The notes below the pieces were generated by a model that made no database searches, had not been told where the DNA came from, and saw only the letters and a list, made by a program, of their open reading frames with translations. DNA of 64,000 nucleotides, taken from positions 434,001 to 498,000 of the forward strand of contig NW_026948140.1 of assembly GCF_963921235.1 (NCBI RefSeq), read 5' to 3'. The position numbers were made by a program, and so were the translations under genes. Numbering within the stretch: position 1 is the stretch's first letter; each line of letters starts with the position of its first letter. Origin of the DNA: Mobula hypostoma (lineage: Eukaryota). Shown here piece by piece: positions 37,002 to 47,739 of the stretch.

Positions 37002-38268
37002 TGTCACAATGAGGGCGCTAGTAATGGACCCAAATGCAAGACACAAACATTGAAGTACAAGGAACAGGACTTGACTAGAGTAGGGACGTGACAGGATACA
37101 GACAAGGAGCAAGGACAAGAACGCAGACTTGGGCTAGGACCTCGAGCCAGAGACTGGACAAGGACTCAGAACCTGGGTCTTGCCTCGAGCTCGGGCCCCA
37201 GAACCAGGCATGGACATGACATGACTGCAGGACTGGAGGCTGGGGTCTTGAGGCTTGAGCTTGGAGACAGGATGGGGTCTTGGTCTTGAGGCTTGAGCTT
37301 GGAGACAGGCTGGGGTCTTGATCTTGAGGCCTGCGGGCTGGGGTCTTGGTCTTGAGGCCTGCAGGATGGGGTCTTGGTCTAGAGGCCTGCAGGCTGGGGT
37401 CTTGGTCTAGAGCCCTGCAGGCTGGGGTTGTGGTCTTGAGGCTTGAGGCTGGGGTCTTGGTCTTTGAAATGCAGAGGCTTGGGTATGGACTCTGAGCCAG
37501 AGACTGGGCAAGGGCCCAGAACCTGGGACTTGACTCAGGCTCGGACTCCAGAACTAGGCGAGGACAAGACGAGGCTACCGGACTGGACATGGCTTGGGTG
37601 AGGAACTCCTGGGTAGGGCGAGACACAAGGACAGGTAAAGGCACATGGACAGGACTCGGATAGGACTGGACGAGGGCCTTCAGGAGCACGGAGCCTTGGA
37701 CTAGAAGAGACAGGAGCACGGAACACAGAGCTGGGACCCCCTCCTTGGGAACAGGACATAGGGCCAGGACTCACACACATAACACAGAGCTGGGACCCCT
37801 CCCTTGCGAACAGGACGTAGGGCCGGGGCTCATACACAGAACACTGAACATGAAGAGACAAATCCCAACACAAGGTGGCGGCAAACGGCCGGACCCACCT
37901 AGCGAAGGCGTGGACACAGAGAGATAATTCCACACAACGAAAGACAGTTCTTTATCTTGACCTAACAAGGCTCCAGTCTTGCTCTGGTGGTAAAACTTCA
38001 GCGATACAGGCAGGGTAGCCAGGATAGGTGAGCAGGCAGAGTCAGGCAAGGTATCCAGGCAGAGAGTCAGATGAGGGGGGAAAAGGCAGGAAGGGGAACA
38101 GGACAGTCCAGCAGGGAATCCCTGGTTTGCAGAGGTATTTATGTCTTAGCCCCAAGACGAGAAACATGCGCCCTCAACAGAAACTGGGGAAAACCAGAAA
38201 CCCCGGAACAAGGAACCATGGACTGGACCATGAACCAGAACATGGACTTCACGAACCAGACTATGACA
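37002..38268 (-). mobile_element. Solo LTR or non-coding LTR-derived element, 1267 bp
   Basis: TGTCA...TGACA termini; 5-bp TSD TACAG at 36997-37001 and 38269-38273. Strand is inferred from a TATA-like ATAAATA near 38135-38141 on the minus strand. Confidence 0.8.
37238..37467. repeat. Minisatellite, about 8 units of roughly 28-38 bp (GGCTGGGGTCTTGGTCTTGAGGCCTGCA core)
   Basis: Read directly from the sequence. Confidence 0.9.
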
Positions 38269-38954
38269 TACAGAGGAGATGTCAAGGGTATGTTTTTTAC
38301 GCAGAGAGTGGTGAATGCGTGGAATGGGCTGCCAGTGGCAGAAACGATAGGGTCTTTTAAGAGACTCCTGGATGGCTACATGGAATTTAGAAAAATAGCA
38401 GGCTATGGTAAAGCCTAGGTAGTTCTAAGATAGGGACATGTTTGGCACAGCTTTGTGGGCCAAAGGGCCTGTATTGTGCTGTATGTTTTCTCTGTTTCTA
38501 TGTTTCTAAAAGTTTAGAAGTTGAGCTTTTATCTGGAATACTGCAATATTATGCAGCAGGGCAAATGGGCTCATGAGAGAAACTGTTCCTATTAGTGGAT
38601 GCCTCATGGATGAGGAGCACAGATTTCAAATTCCAAGGGGAATGTAAGCATTAGCTTTTATTATGCAGAGACTAGGCTAGAATTCACTCCTTACAGAGGT
38701 GTAGAAACTGAATCCAAGAAGTCAGATAACAACTTGTCGGGCTAGTTAAAAAAACGTTACTCCAGCATGTGCCAGCATTTTCTATGTCTTAAATGGTGGA
38801 GTAACAATTTACCCCCAATCTACACCACCCACATTCCATTACCACAACTCTTCCATTTGCCCTGTACCCATTTACGAAACTCAACACAGTGAATCCACAA
38901 ATCATATTGTCATATCCATACTTAAATTTCCTAATGAGGTCCTCAATATATGAT

Positions 38955-38986
38955 TTTATTTTAAAGGAATAAGGTTTTGATTTATT
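38955..38986 (-). terminator. Candidate polyadenylation signals (two AATAAA) of the IFITM-like gene
   Basis: tttatt at 38955-38960 and 38981-38986, about 210-240 nt past the stop codon, in non-repetitive AT-rich DNA. Confidence 0.45.
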
Positions 38987-39195
38987 CTGAGTATCAAATT
39001 AAATAGTTAGTTATGATTTGTAGAAGTTTTGGGATCTTTTACGTCCACAATATACTGAATGAATGTTTACAGATAAAATAATTACATAAATACATTTCTG
39101 CTGTGTAATTTGATTTGTTACAGATTATCCGCTTCATGACGTGAACTGTGATTTCTGTTTAGAAGTGCTCTTCTCAGTCTTAAACAAACTCTTCA

Positions 39196-39354
39196 TCAGG
39201 GAGTAAATTGTGCCACAGTCACATACAGGTAGTAGGCAAGACCTGCTGCTAGCAGGACCAGGGAGAAGAAAGTGGCAGCAACATTCAGCCTCTTGGCAAT
39301 AGCTGCAAATTTTCTGGCTTTTCGTGTGTTGTTGACAAGATTTGAATCCCGAAC
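39196..39354 (-). CDS. Terminal coding exon of an IFITM/dispanin (CD225 family) membrane protein gene, 52 aa plus stop
   Basis: Phase-0 acceptor then VRDSNLVNNTRKARKFAAIAKRLNVAATFFSLVLLAAGLAYYLYVTVAQFTP*. Aligns without gaps to the recalled IFITM exon 2 pattern ([28 protein letters not shown] plus TM helix). Lies in the only sizeable non-TE island. Confidence 0.8.
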   Translation of the reverse strand, partial: VRDSNLVNNTRKARKFAAIAKRLNVAATFFSLVLLAAGLAYYLYVTVAQFTP

Positions 39355-39380
39355 CTGGAGAGTCAAAAAACAAGAAGTGA
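39355..39380 (-). promoter_or_regulatory. 3' splice acceptor (polypyrimidine tract plus CAG)
   Basis: Minus strand tcacttcttgttttttgactctccAG|GTT. Confidence 0.8.
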
Positions 39381-39819
39381 TTGGCAAACCAATGCTATTC
39401 AAGTTTAATTCTTGGAAATTATGTTAATTGTAGTTTGAAAATAACACGGATGAAATGGGAACCAGATCTTTAGAATGAGTCTTGTGAACCAGGCTTTCAT
39501 TTCTCTATGTGAAGCTATTAGTAATGGTTTACTTGCATGATAGCTCTATTACATAAAACCGTTGCTGGAATTAAGAGGCTAAAATGCGGAATGAAAAATT
39601 CTAAATTATTTTCCTCATTCAGAAAATTTGGTCCTTCTGACAAGGGCAGTAATTACTACTTTAACAAAGTTATCTGCTAGACCATTTCAAAGGATAGTTA
39701 GAAATCAGTACATTGTTTATTGTGATACAGTTGCAGAGCTCAGGAAGATTATTCCTTTCCTTAGATCCATGCTAACTCACTACAGTGCCATACTGATAGT
39801 CCCAGTCCATGTCTATTCA

Positions 39820-40010
39820 AGCAACACACATCAAAGTTGCTGGTGAACGCAGCAGGCCAGGCAGCATCTCTAGGAAGAGGTGCAGTCGACGTTTCAGGCC
39901 AAGACCTTCAACTGTACCTCTTCCTAGAGATGCTGCCTGGCCTGCTGCGTTCACCAGCAACTTTGATGTGTGTTGCTTGAATTTCCAGCATCTGCAGAAT
40001 TCCTATTGTT
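39820..40010. mobile_element. Penelope foldback mini-insertion
   Basis: Inverted pLTR arms plus tail; TSD TCCATGTCTATTCA at 39806-39819 and 40011-40024 (partly overlapping the element end). Confidence 0.88.
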
Positions 40011-40279
40011 TCCATGTCTATTCATGTGGTTCTTTTCTTTTTCAACCACTGATCCAATTTCTCTTTCCAATTTACAATGGATTCTGTCTCCACCAGCTTG
40101 CCAGTCGGATATAAATCACTCACCTCTAAAAAGTTATCTTTTTATTGTTCCAACTGACAAGGGCAACAGATAAACCCCGATAAACCCCCGAGTAAGATTT
40201 TGGCCCATCATTCAATATTAATATGGTTGATCTGTCCCAAGCCTCATGTCTTCTTTGTACCAGTTTCCCAGAGCTTTTA

Positions 40280-40589
40280 ATTCCATGAACCTTTAAACAT
40301 TTATCAATCTCTTATGTAAATGCTTACAATAAGCTTCTGTGGTAGAATCCCCATATTCTCATCAATTTACGACACTCTGCCACTCATCTTATTGAACAAC
40401 TTGAACAAATCTGCCTTCAGTTCACTTTATTCTTTAAAAAAAAGTGAACTGAAGGCAGATTTGTTCAAGTTGTTCAATAAGATGAGTGGCAGAGTGTCGT
40501 AAATTGATGAGAATATGAGAATTCTACCACAGAAGCTTATTGTAAGCATTTACATAAGAGATTGATAAATGTTTAAAGGTTCATGGAAT
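40280..40589. repeat. Near-perfect inverted repeat: 149-bp arms (40280-40428 and 40441-40589) with a 12-bp spacer
   Basis: Hand alignment gives 147/149 identity. Confidence 0.95.
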
Positions 40590-40669
40590 ATACCAATTTA
40601 TCTATCCTTTCCTTCAAGCATAAAACCTTAAATGAATCCTTACTGCGCTCTCTTCAGGATCTTCACAGC

Positions 40670-43205
40670 ATAACCTCAGTGGTTGGGAAAATGTTGGAGT
40701 CTATTATTAAGGATATGGTTTTGGTGTACTTGGAGACTAATGATAAAATGTGTCAAAGTCAGCATGGTTTCTGTGAAGGGAAATCTTGCCTGAGAAATCT
40801 GTGGGAGTTCTTCAAAGAAGAGTTGAGTTAAACTCATGAGTTGAGAGTTAAAGGGCAAAAGTTTAGGGGTAACGTGAGCGGGAACTTCTTTACTCAGAGA
40901 GTGGTAGCTATGTGGAATGAGCTTCCAGCAGAAGTGGTTGAGGCAGGTTCGTTGTTGTCATTTAAAGTTAAATTAGATAGATATATGGACAGGAGAGGAA
41001 TGGAGGGTTGTGGGCTGAGTGCAGGTCGGTGGGAATAGGTGAGAGTAAGAGTTCGGTATGGACTAGAAGGGCCGAGATGGCCCGTTTCCGTGCTGTAAAT
41101 GTTATATGGTTATATGGTTTTAAGTAACAAGCAGGGTGGAAAAAGGAGAGGCAGTGGTATTTGTTTGGATTTTCAGAAAGCATTTGATAAGGTGCCAAGC
41201 ATGAGGTTGCTTTACTTAACAAGATAAAATCCTATGGCATTACAGAAAAGATACTGGCATGATTAGAGGAATGACTGACAGGCAAGAGGCAGCAAGTGGG
41301 AATAAAAGGGGCCTTTTCTGGTTGGCTGCCAGTAACTAGTAGTGTTCCTCAGGGGTCAGTATATAAACCGCTACTTTCACATTGTTTGTCAATGATTTAG
41401 ATAATGGAATTGATGGCTTTGTGGCAAAATTTGCAGATGGTACAAAGATAGGTAGAGAGGTAGGTAGTGCTGAGGAAGCAATGCTTGAGGGAGTTAGATA
41501 TGGCCCTTGTGGCTACAGGGGTCAGGGGGTATGGAGGGAAGGCTGGGTTCTGAGTTGGATGATCAGCCATGATCATAATAAATGGCGGTGCAGGCTCGAA
41601 GGGCCGAATGGCCTACTCCTGCACCTATTTTCTATGTTTCTATGTTTCTATGTTTCTAATGCAATTGCAGCAGGACTTAGAAAAATTGGAAGAATGGGCA
41701 AAAAAGTGACAGATGGAATACAGTGTTGGAAAATGTATGAAAATGCACTGTGCTAAAAGGAACAATAGTGCAGACTATTATCTGAACGGGGAGGAGGTTC
41801 AAACATCGGAGGTGAAAAGAGACTTAGGAGTCCTCATGCAAAACTCCCAGAAGGTTAATTTACAGGTTGAGTCTGTGGTAAAGGAAATAAATGCAATGCC
41901 GACATTTATTTCCAGGGGAATAGAATATAAAAGTAAGGAGGTAAAGCTAAGGCTTTATAAGACGCAGATCAGGCTTCATTTGGACTATTGTCAAGCAACA
42001 CACATCAAAGTTGCTGGTGAACGCAGCAGGCCAGGCAGCATCTCTAGGAAGAGGTACAGTCAACATTTCGGGCCAAGACCCTTCGTCAGGACTAACTGAA
42101 AGAAAAGCTAGTTAGAGATTTGAAAGTGGGAGGGGGAGGGGAGATCCAAAATGATAGGAGAAGACCGGAGGGGGAGGGATGGAGCCAAGAGTTGGACAGG
42201 TGATTGGCAAAGGGGATATGAGAAGATCATGGGACAGGAGGCCCAGAGAGAAAGAAAGGGGGAGGGGGAACCCAGAGGATGGGCAAGGGGTATAGTGAGA
42301 GGGACAGAGGGAGAAAAAGGAGAGAGAGAAAAAGAATGTGTGTATATAAATAAATAACGGATGGGGTACGAGGGGGAGGAGGGGCATTAGCGGAAGTTTG
42401 AGAAGTGAATGTTCATGTCAACAGGTTGGAGGCTACCCAGATGGAATATAAGGTGTTATTCCTCCAACCTGAGTGTGGCTTCATCTTTACAGTAGAGGAG
42501 GCTGTGGATAGACGTATCAGAATGGGAATGGGACCTGGAATTAAAATGTGTGGCCACTGGGAGATCCTGTTTTCTCTGGTGGACAGAGTGTAGGTGTTCA
42601 GCGAAACAATCTCCCAGTCTGCGTCGGGCCTGCTGCATTCACCAGCAACTTTTATGTGTGTTGCTTGAAATTCCAGCAGCTGCAGATTTCCTCGTGTCTT
42701 GGAGTATTATCAACAGTTTTGGGCTCATTATCTCAAAAAGGATGTTGTTGTCATTGGAGAGAGTCCAGAGGTGTCTAGGAATGAAGAGGTGAAGATATGA
42801 GGAGCAATTGGCAGCATTGGACCAGTACTCAATGGAATTTAGAAGAATGCAGGGGGGTGCGGATCTCATTGAAACCTACTGAATATTAAAAGGACTAGAT
42901 AAAGTGGATAAGGAGAGGATGTTTCCTATGGTGGGGTTATCCAGAACTAGAGGCACTACCTCAAAATTGAGGGGCAACCTTTTAGAACAGAGGTAAGGAG
43001 CATTATTTTTTTAGCCAGAGAGTAGTAAATCTGTGGAATGCTCTGCCACAGACTATGGTGGAGGCCAAGTCTGTGGTAGATTTATGGTGGAAGTTGATAG
43101 TTCCCTGATTGGTCAAGGTATCAAGGCAGGTGTTTGGTGTTAAGTGGGATCCAGGATCAGCCAAGATGGAATGGCTTGATTCTGCTCCTATATCTTTTGG
43201 TCATG
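40670..43205 (+). mobile_element. Degenerate CR1 LINE with three nested insertions (CR1 3' ends at about 40825-41120 and 41485-41657; Penelope at 41995-42698)
   Basis: Collinear RT fragments. The 41485-41657 insert has TSD AATGC and matches 23365-23532. Confidence 0.85.
41995..42698 (-). mobile_element. Penelope fragment: GIY-YIG C-terminus and pLTR on the minus strand, followed by a short plus-strand pLTR end with tail
   Basis: ORF 42456..42638 (RRRLGDCFAEH...VATHFN); decayed hammerhead at 42057-42094; imperfect TSD of about 15 bp, ttgga(c/g)tatt(g/a)tcaa. Confidence 0.88.
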
Positions 43206-43209
43206 GTCC

Positions 43210-43998
43210 AACCACCACCCCAAGTGCCCACCATTCTCTGCATAAAAATACTTTGACAGCACATCTCCCTTGAACTTATCCCTTTAACCTTAAAAGCAAT
43301 GTCTTTTAGTGTTAGACATTTCAACCCTGGGAAAAAAGGATACCAGCTGTCTAACCTACTTCATAATCAGTTTGGGATGTGAAGGGGGATGAGAACCTCA
43401 ATACAATCAATATTACTAAAGAGATAGAGATGAGTAAACTCATGTGCCTAAAGATAGATGTGCCCTGCTCTTGATGGTACTGAAAAGGAAAGGTAGAGTT
43501 AAAGAAGAAGCATTTGTGATGATTTACCAGAATTCTCTGGACTCTGGGTAAGTCCCGGTGGATTGGAAGTCAGCAAATGCCACACCACTGTTCACAATAG
43601 GATGTAGGCAAAAGGCAGACAACTATTCACAAATTGTTTAATGTCTGTAGCCTTAGTAAAATGCTTGAAGCTATCACTAAGGAAGAAATAACAAGACATC
43701 TGGGTAGAAGAGGTTCCATCAGGTAGACACAGCATGGATCCATGAGAGGCAAGTTTTGTCTGTCAAACATTGGATCTATTTGAGGATAAAGGGGAACAGA
43801 TGGATGTGGCATACTTGGACTGTACGTTTTCCTCTCATATATTGACCTCCCAAAATGCAACACTTCACACTCGTCCAGATTAAACTCTATTTGCCATTTT
43901 CCAACTCAAATTTCCAACTGGTCTATAATCCTGTTATATCATTTGATAAATTTCTTCACTATCCACAACTCAACCAATTTTCAGGTCATCTGACACTT
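43210..43998. mobile_element. Patchwork of old CR1 fragments in both orientations
   Basis: Degenerate DW..AN.TPLF, QHG, and 3' end similarity. Confidence 0.6.
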
Positions 43999-43999
43999 C

Positions 44000-44305
44000 T
44001 TAGCATAATGCTATTGCAGCACCAATGATCACCGATTGGGGTTCAATTCCTGCCACCGTCTGTATGGAGGTTGTACATTCTCCCCTTGATCACATGGGTT
44101 TCCTCTGGGGGCTGCAATTTCCTCCCACATTCCAAAAATGCACGGTTAGGTTTAGAAAGTTGCGCACATGCTATGTTGGTGTCAGAAGCATGACGATGCT
44201 TGTGGGCTGCTCAGCACAATCTTCACAGATTATATTTAACACAAATGGTACATTTCACTGTATGTTTTGATGTACATGTGATAAATAAAGCTTATCTTTA
44301 TCTTA
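44000..44305 (+). mobile_element. V-SINE (HE1-like): tRNA-derived head, V-domain, LINE-type tail
   Basis: B-box GGTTCAATTCC near 44040; V-domain tgtatggaggttgtacattctcccc...gggtttcctc...tttcctcccacattccaaa; aataaagc(ttatct)n tail. Confidence 0.75.
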
Positions 44306-45227
44306 ATTGGACCACCAACATTTTTGTCCAATTTATTTATATATTGTACAGTAACAGAGGTCTAAGCATTTATCTCCCTATCAAGGAAGCACCCTCCACC
44401 CCTACCCTTCATCTATAAACAAGCCAATTTTCCCCCTAGTTTATTAACTCACCATGGACCCCATGAAATAGTCTTCTGAACTAGTCAACCATGAGGAAGC
44501 AAGACCACATAGACATCCTCCTGCCCCACCCATATCAAACATCTTTGTAATTTCTTCAAAAAGCTCAATCAAATTTGTGAGATAAGATCTCTCTACATAG
44601 AAACATATTGATGTTGATTTCCCAAAATAAATATGTGTTTCCTAATGCAAAAAAATTCCTGTTTCTCCAATATTTTCCTTAGCACTGATGTCAGGCTTAA
44701 CACCTATAATTTCCTCATGGATCCCTGCTCCCTTCATAAACAAAGAAACATTTTGACAATATTCCAATTCCCTGGAAAAATGTCTGTGGCTAAACAGGAT
44801 ACAAGGATCTCTGATATTGTGCCAATAATGTCCTGTCTTACCTTCTGGGATAGATTAGTTCTGGCTCTGGGCAGTTATCCACATTTAATGTTTCTCAACA
44901 TACCCAGCACCTCCTTTTTAATACTGACGTGCCCCAGAATATAAACACGTGCATTCTTAATATCACAATTATCCAGGTCATTCTCTGTGAATATATTTCC
45001 AGAGATAAAATCCTTTTCCATCTGAGATAGTTACTGGGAGTGTTGCATCCGCAGGGCCCTTAGCATTGTCAATGACCCACTCATCTGTCCAGCAATCTCT
45101 TTGACCTCCTACCAGCAGCCAGGAGATATCATAACATTAGGACAAAGATGGTGAGGAAGGGGAACAGCTTCTCTGAACTCCTTGCCACCACCCAGGTCTC
45201 ATCAGCTATGAAGCGCCAGTAGTATAT

Positions 45228-46330
45228 ACATATAATATAGAAATCTACAGCACATTACAGGTCCTTCAGCCCACAATGTTGTGCCAACCATGTAACCTAC
45301 TCCAGAAACCGTCTAGAATTTCCCTACCACATAGCTCTCTATTTTTCTAAGCTCCGTGTATTGATCTAAGAGTCTCATAAAAGACCCTATTGTATCCGCC
45401 TCTACGACCATCACCGGTAGTGCATTCCCACTCACCATTCCCACACACACACTCACCAATCTCTGTGTGAAAAACTTATCTCTGACATCCCCTCTGTACC
45501 TTTTTCCAAGCACCTTAAAACTGTGCCCCCTTGTGTTAGCCATTTCAGCCCTGGGAAAAAGCCTCTGGCTATCCACATGATCAATACCTCTCATCATCTT
45601 ATATACCTCTATCAGGTCACGTCTCATCCTCTGTCGTTCCAAGGAGAAAAGGCCAAGTTCACTCAGCCTATTCTCATAAGGCATGCTCACCAATCTAGGC
45701 AACATCCTTGTAAATCTCCTCTGCACCCTCTCTATAGTATCCACATCCTTCCTGTAATAAGGTGACCAAAACTGAATACAATACTCCTAGTAGGGTCTGA
45801 CCAAGGTCTTACATAGCTCATGATTCTTGCACTCAGTCACACGGTTGATGAATGCCAACACACCATCCGCCTTCTTAGCAACACTGTCAACCTGCACAGT
45901 AGCTTTGAATGTCTGATGGACACGAACCCAAAGATCTTTCTGATCCCCCACACTGCCAAGAGGTTTGCCATTAATACTATATTCTGTCTTCAAATTTGAC
46001 CTACCTAAATGAAACACTTCACACTTATCTGGGTTGAACTCCATCTGCCACTTCTCAGTCCAGTTCTGCATCCTATGAATGTCCCGCTGTAACCTCTGAC
46101 AAACCTGCAGACTATCCACAACACCCCCAACCTTTGTGTCATCAGCAAACTTACTAACCAATCCCTCTACTTCCTCATTTATAAAAATCACAGAGATGAG
46201 GGGGTCCCAGGACAAATCCCTGTGGAACACCACTAGTCAGCGACCTCTATACAGAATACCAACCATCTACAACCACCCTTTGCCTTCTGTGCGCAAGCCA
46301 ATTCTGGATCCTCAAAGCAAGGTCTCCTTA
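45228..46330 (-). mobile_element. CR1 LINE 3' fragment (same family as 29175-30235 and 34300-38507)
   Basis: ORFs 45787..46233 and 45313..45744. Confidence 0.9.
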
Positions 46331-46863
46331 TTGTTTACTTTTTAACTTGAGCTGTAAATTAACCTTATTATTTGTTAATTTATTTGTGGTTATATTACTT
46401 TATGTATTGTGTGTGAGTTACATGTACTGTGTTGTGCAAAGTTCAAAATTCAAAATAAGTTTATTATCAATGTACATATATGTGACCAAAGGATCGAGTG
46501 CTTTCCCAGAATATATGACGAATAAACTCTTCTCAGGCTTCCAGCCAGGTACATTTATTCATTCATATATGAAACCATATACAAACCTAAGATTAATATT
46601 CTTGCGGGCATACTCAATAAATCCATAATAGAATCAATGAAAGAATGCACCAACTTTGGCGTACAACCAGTCTGAACTGTGCAAATACAAAAAGAAAGAA
46701 ATAATAATAGTAATGAATAAATAAGCAATAAATATCAAAAAACATGAAATAAAGAGTCCTTGAAAGTGAGTCCATAGGTTGTGGGAACATTTTGATGATG
46801 GGGCAAATGAAGTTGAATGAAGTTATCCCCTCTGGTTCAAGGGCCTAATGGGTGAGGAGTAAT

Positions 46864-47675
46864 AACATAGAAACATAGACAATAGGTGCAGGAGTAGGCC
46901 ATTCAGCCCTTCGAGCCTGCACTGCCATTCAGTATGATCATGGCTGATCATCCAACTCAGAACCCTGTACCTGCCTTCTCTCCATACCCCCTGATCCCTT
47001 TAGCCACAAAGGCCATATCTAAATCCCTCTTAAATATAGCCAATGAACTGGCCTCTGCTGTTTCCTGTGGCAGAGAATTCCACAGATTCACCACTCTGTG
47101 TGAAAGTTTTTCCTCATTTCAGTCCTAAAAAGCTTCCCCTTTATCCTTAAACTGTGACCCCTCGTTCTGAACTTCCCCAACATCGGGAACAATCTTCCTG
47201 CATCTAGCCTGTTCAATCCCTTTAGGATTTTATATGTTTCAATAAGATCCCCCCTCAATCTTCTAAATTCCAGTAAGTATAAGCCTAATCAATCCAGTCT
47301 TTCATCATATGAAAGTCCTGTCATCCCAAGAATCAATCTGGTGAACCTTCTTTGTACTTCCTCTATGCCAAGAATGTCTTTCCTCAGATTAGGGGACCAA
47401 AACTGCACACAATACTCCAGGTGTGGTCTCACCAAGGCCTTGTACAACTGCAATAGTACCTCCCTGCTCCTGTACTCGAATCCTCTTGCTATGAATGCCA
47501 GCATACCATTGGCCTTTTTCACCGCCTGCTGTACCTGCATGCCCACTTTCAATGACTGGTGTATAATGACACCCAGGTCTCGTTGCACCTCCCCTTTTCC
47601 TAATCGGCCACCATTCAGATAATAATCTGTTTTCCTGTTTTTGCTGCCAAATAACCTCACATTTATCCACATTAA
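46864..47675 (-). mobile_element. CR1 3' fragment (family of 22069-23532) inserted in a minus-strand Rex1 3' end (about 46440-46863 and 47676-47735)
   Basis: ORF 47289..47981 C-terminal part; flanking RKYKSFRTHTTRFRN Rex1 motif. Confidence 0.85.
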
Positions 47676-47739
47676 AGTTCCTGAACCTGGTGGTGTGGGT
47701 CCTGAAGCTCTTGTACTTCCTTTCTGTTGGCACCAGTGA

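Larger units (their letters stand above)
34300..38507 (+). mobile_element. CR1 LINE with near-complete decayed ORF2, split by an LTR-type insertion
   Basis: Collinear ORFs 34433-37053 (APE then RT); resumes at 38269; (TTTCTATG)n tail. Confidence 0.92.

Noticed and set aside
37238..37467. CRISPR-like periodic repeats
   Set aside because: No unique spacers, no cas genes, and a eukaryotic context; it is a minisatellite.
37075..37719. 214-aa Pro/Ser-rich ORF
   Set aside because: Product of the minisatellite in the LTR-like insertion; low complexity, no domain.
40320..40502. 60-aa ORF through the palindrome centre
   Set aside because: By-product of the inverted repeat; no protein features.
44000..44060. 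tRNA gene
   Set aside because: Only a degenerate SINE head with a B-box; no cloverleaf.
46486..46555. Short insert resembling another Penelope-type terminus
   Set aside because: Too short, with no TSD or second copy in the window to support it.
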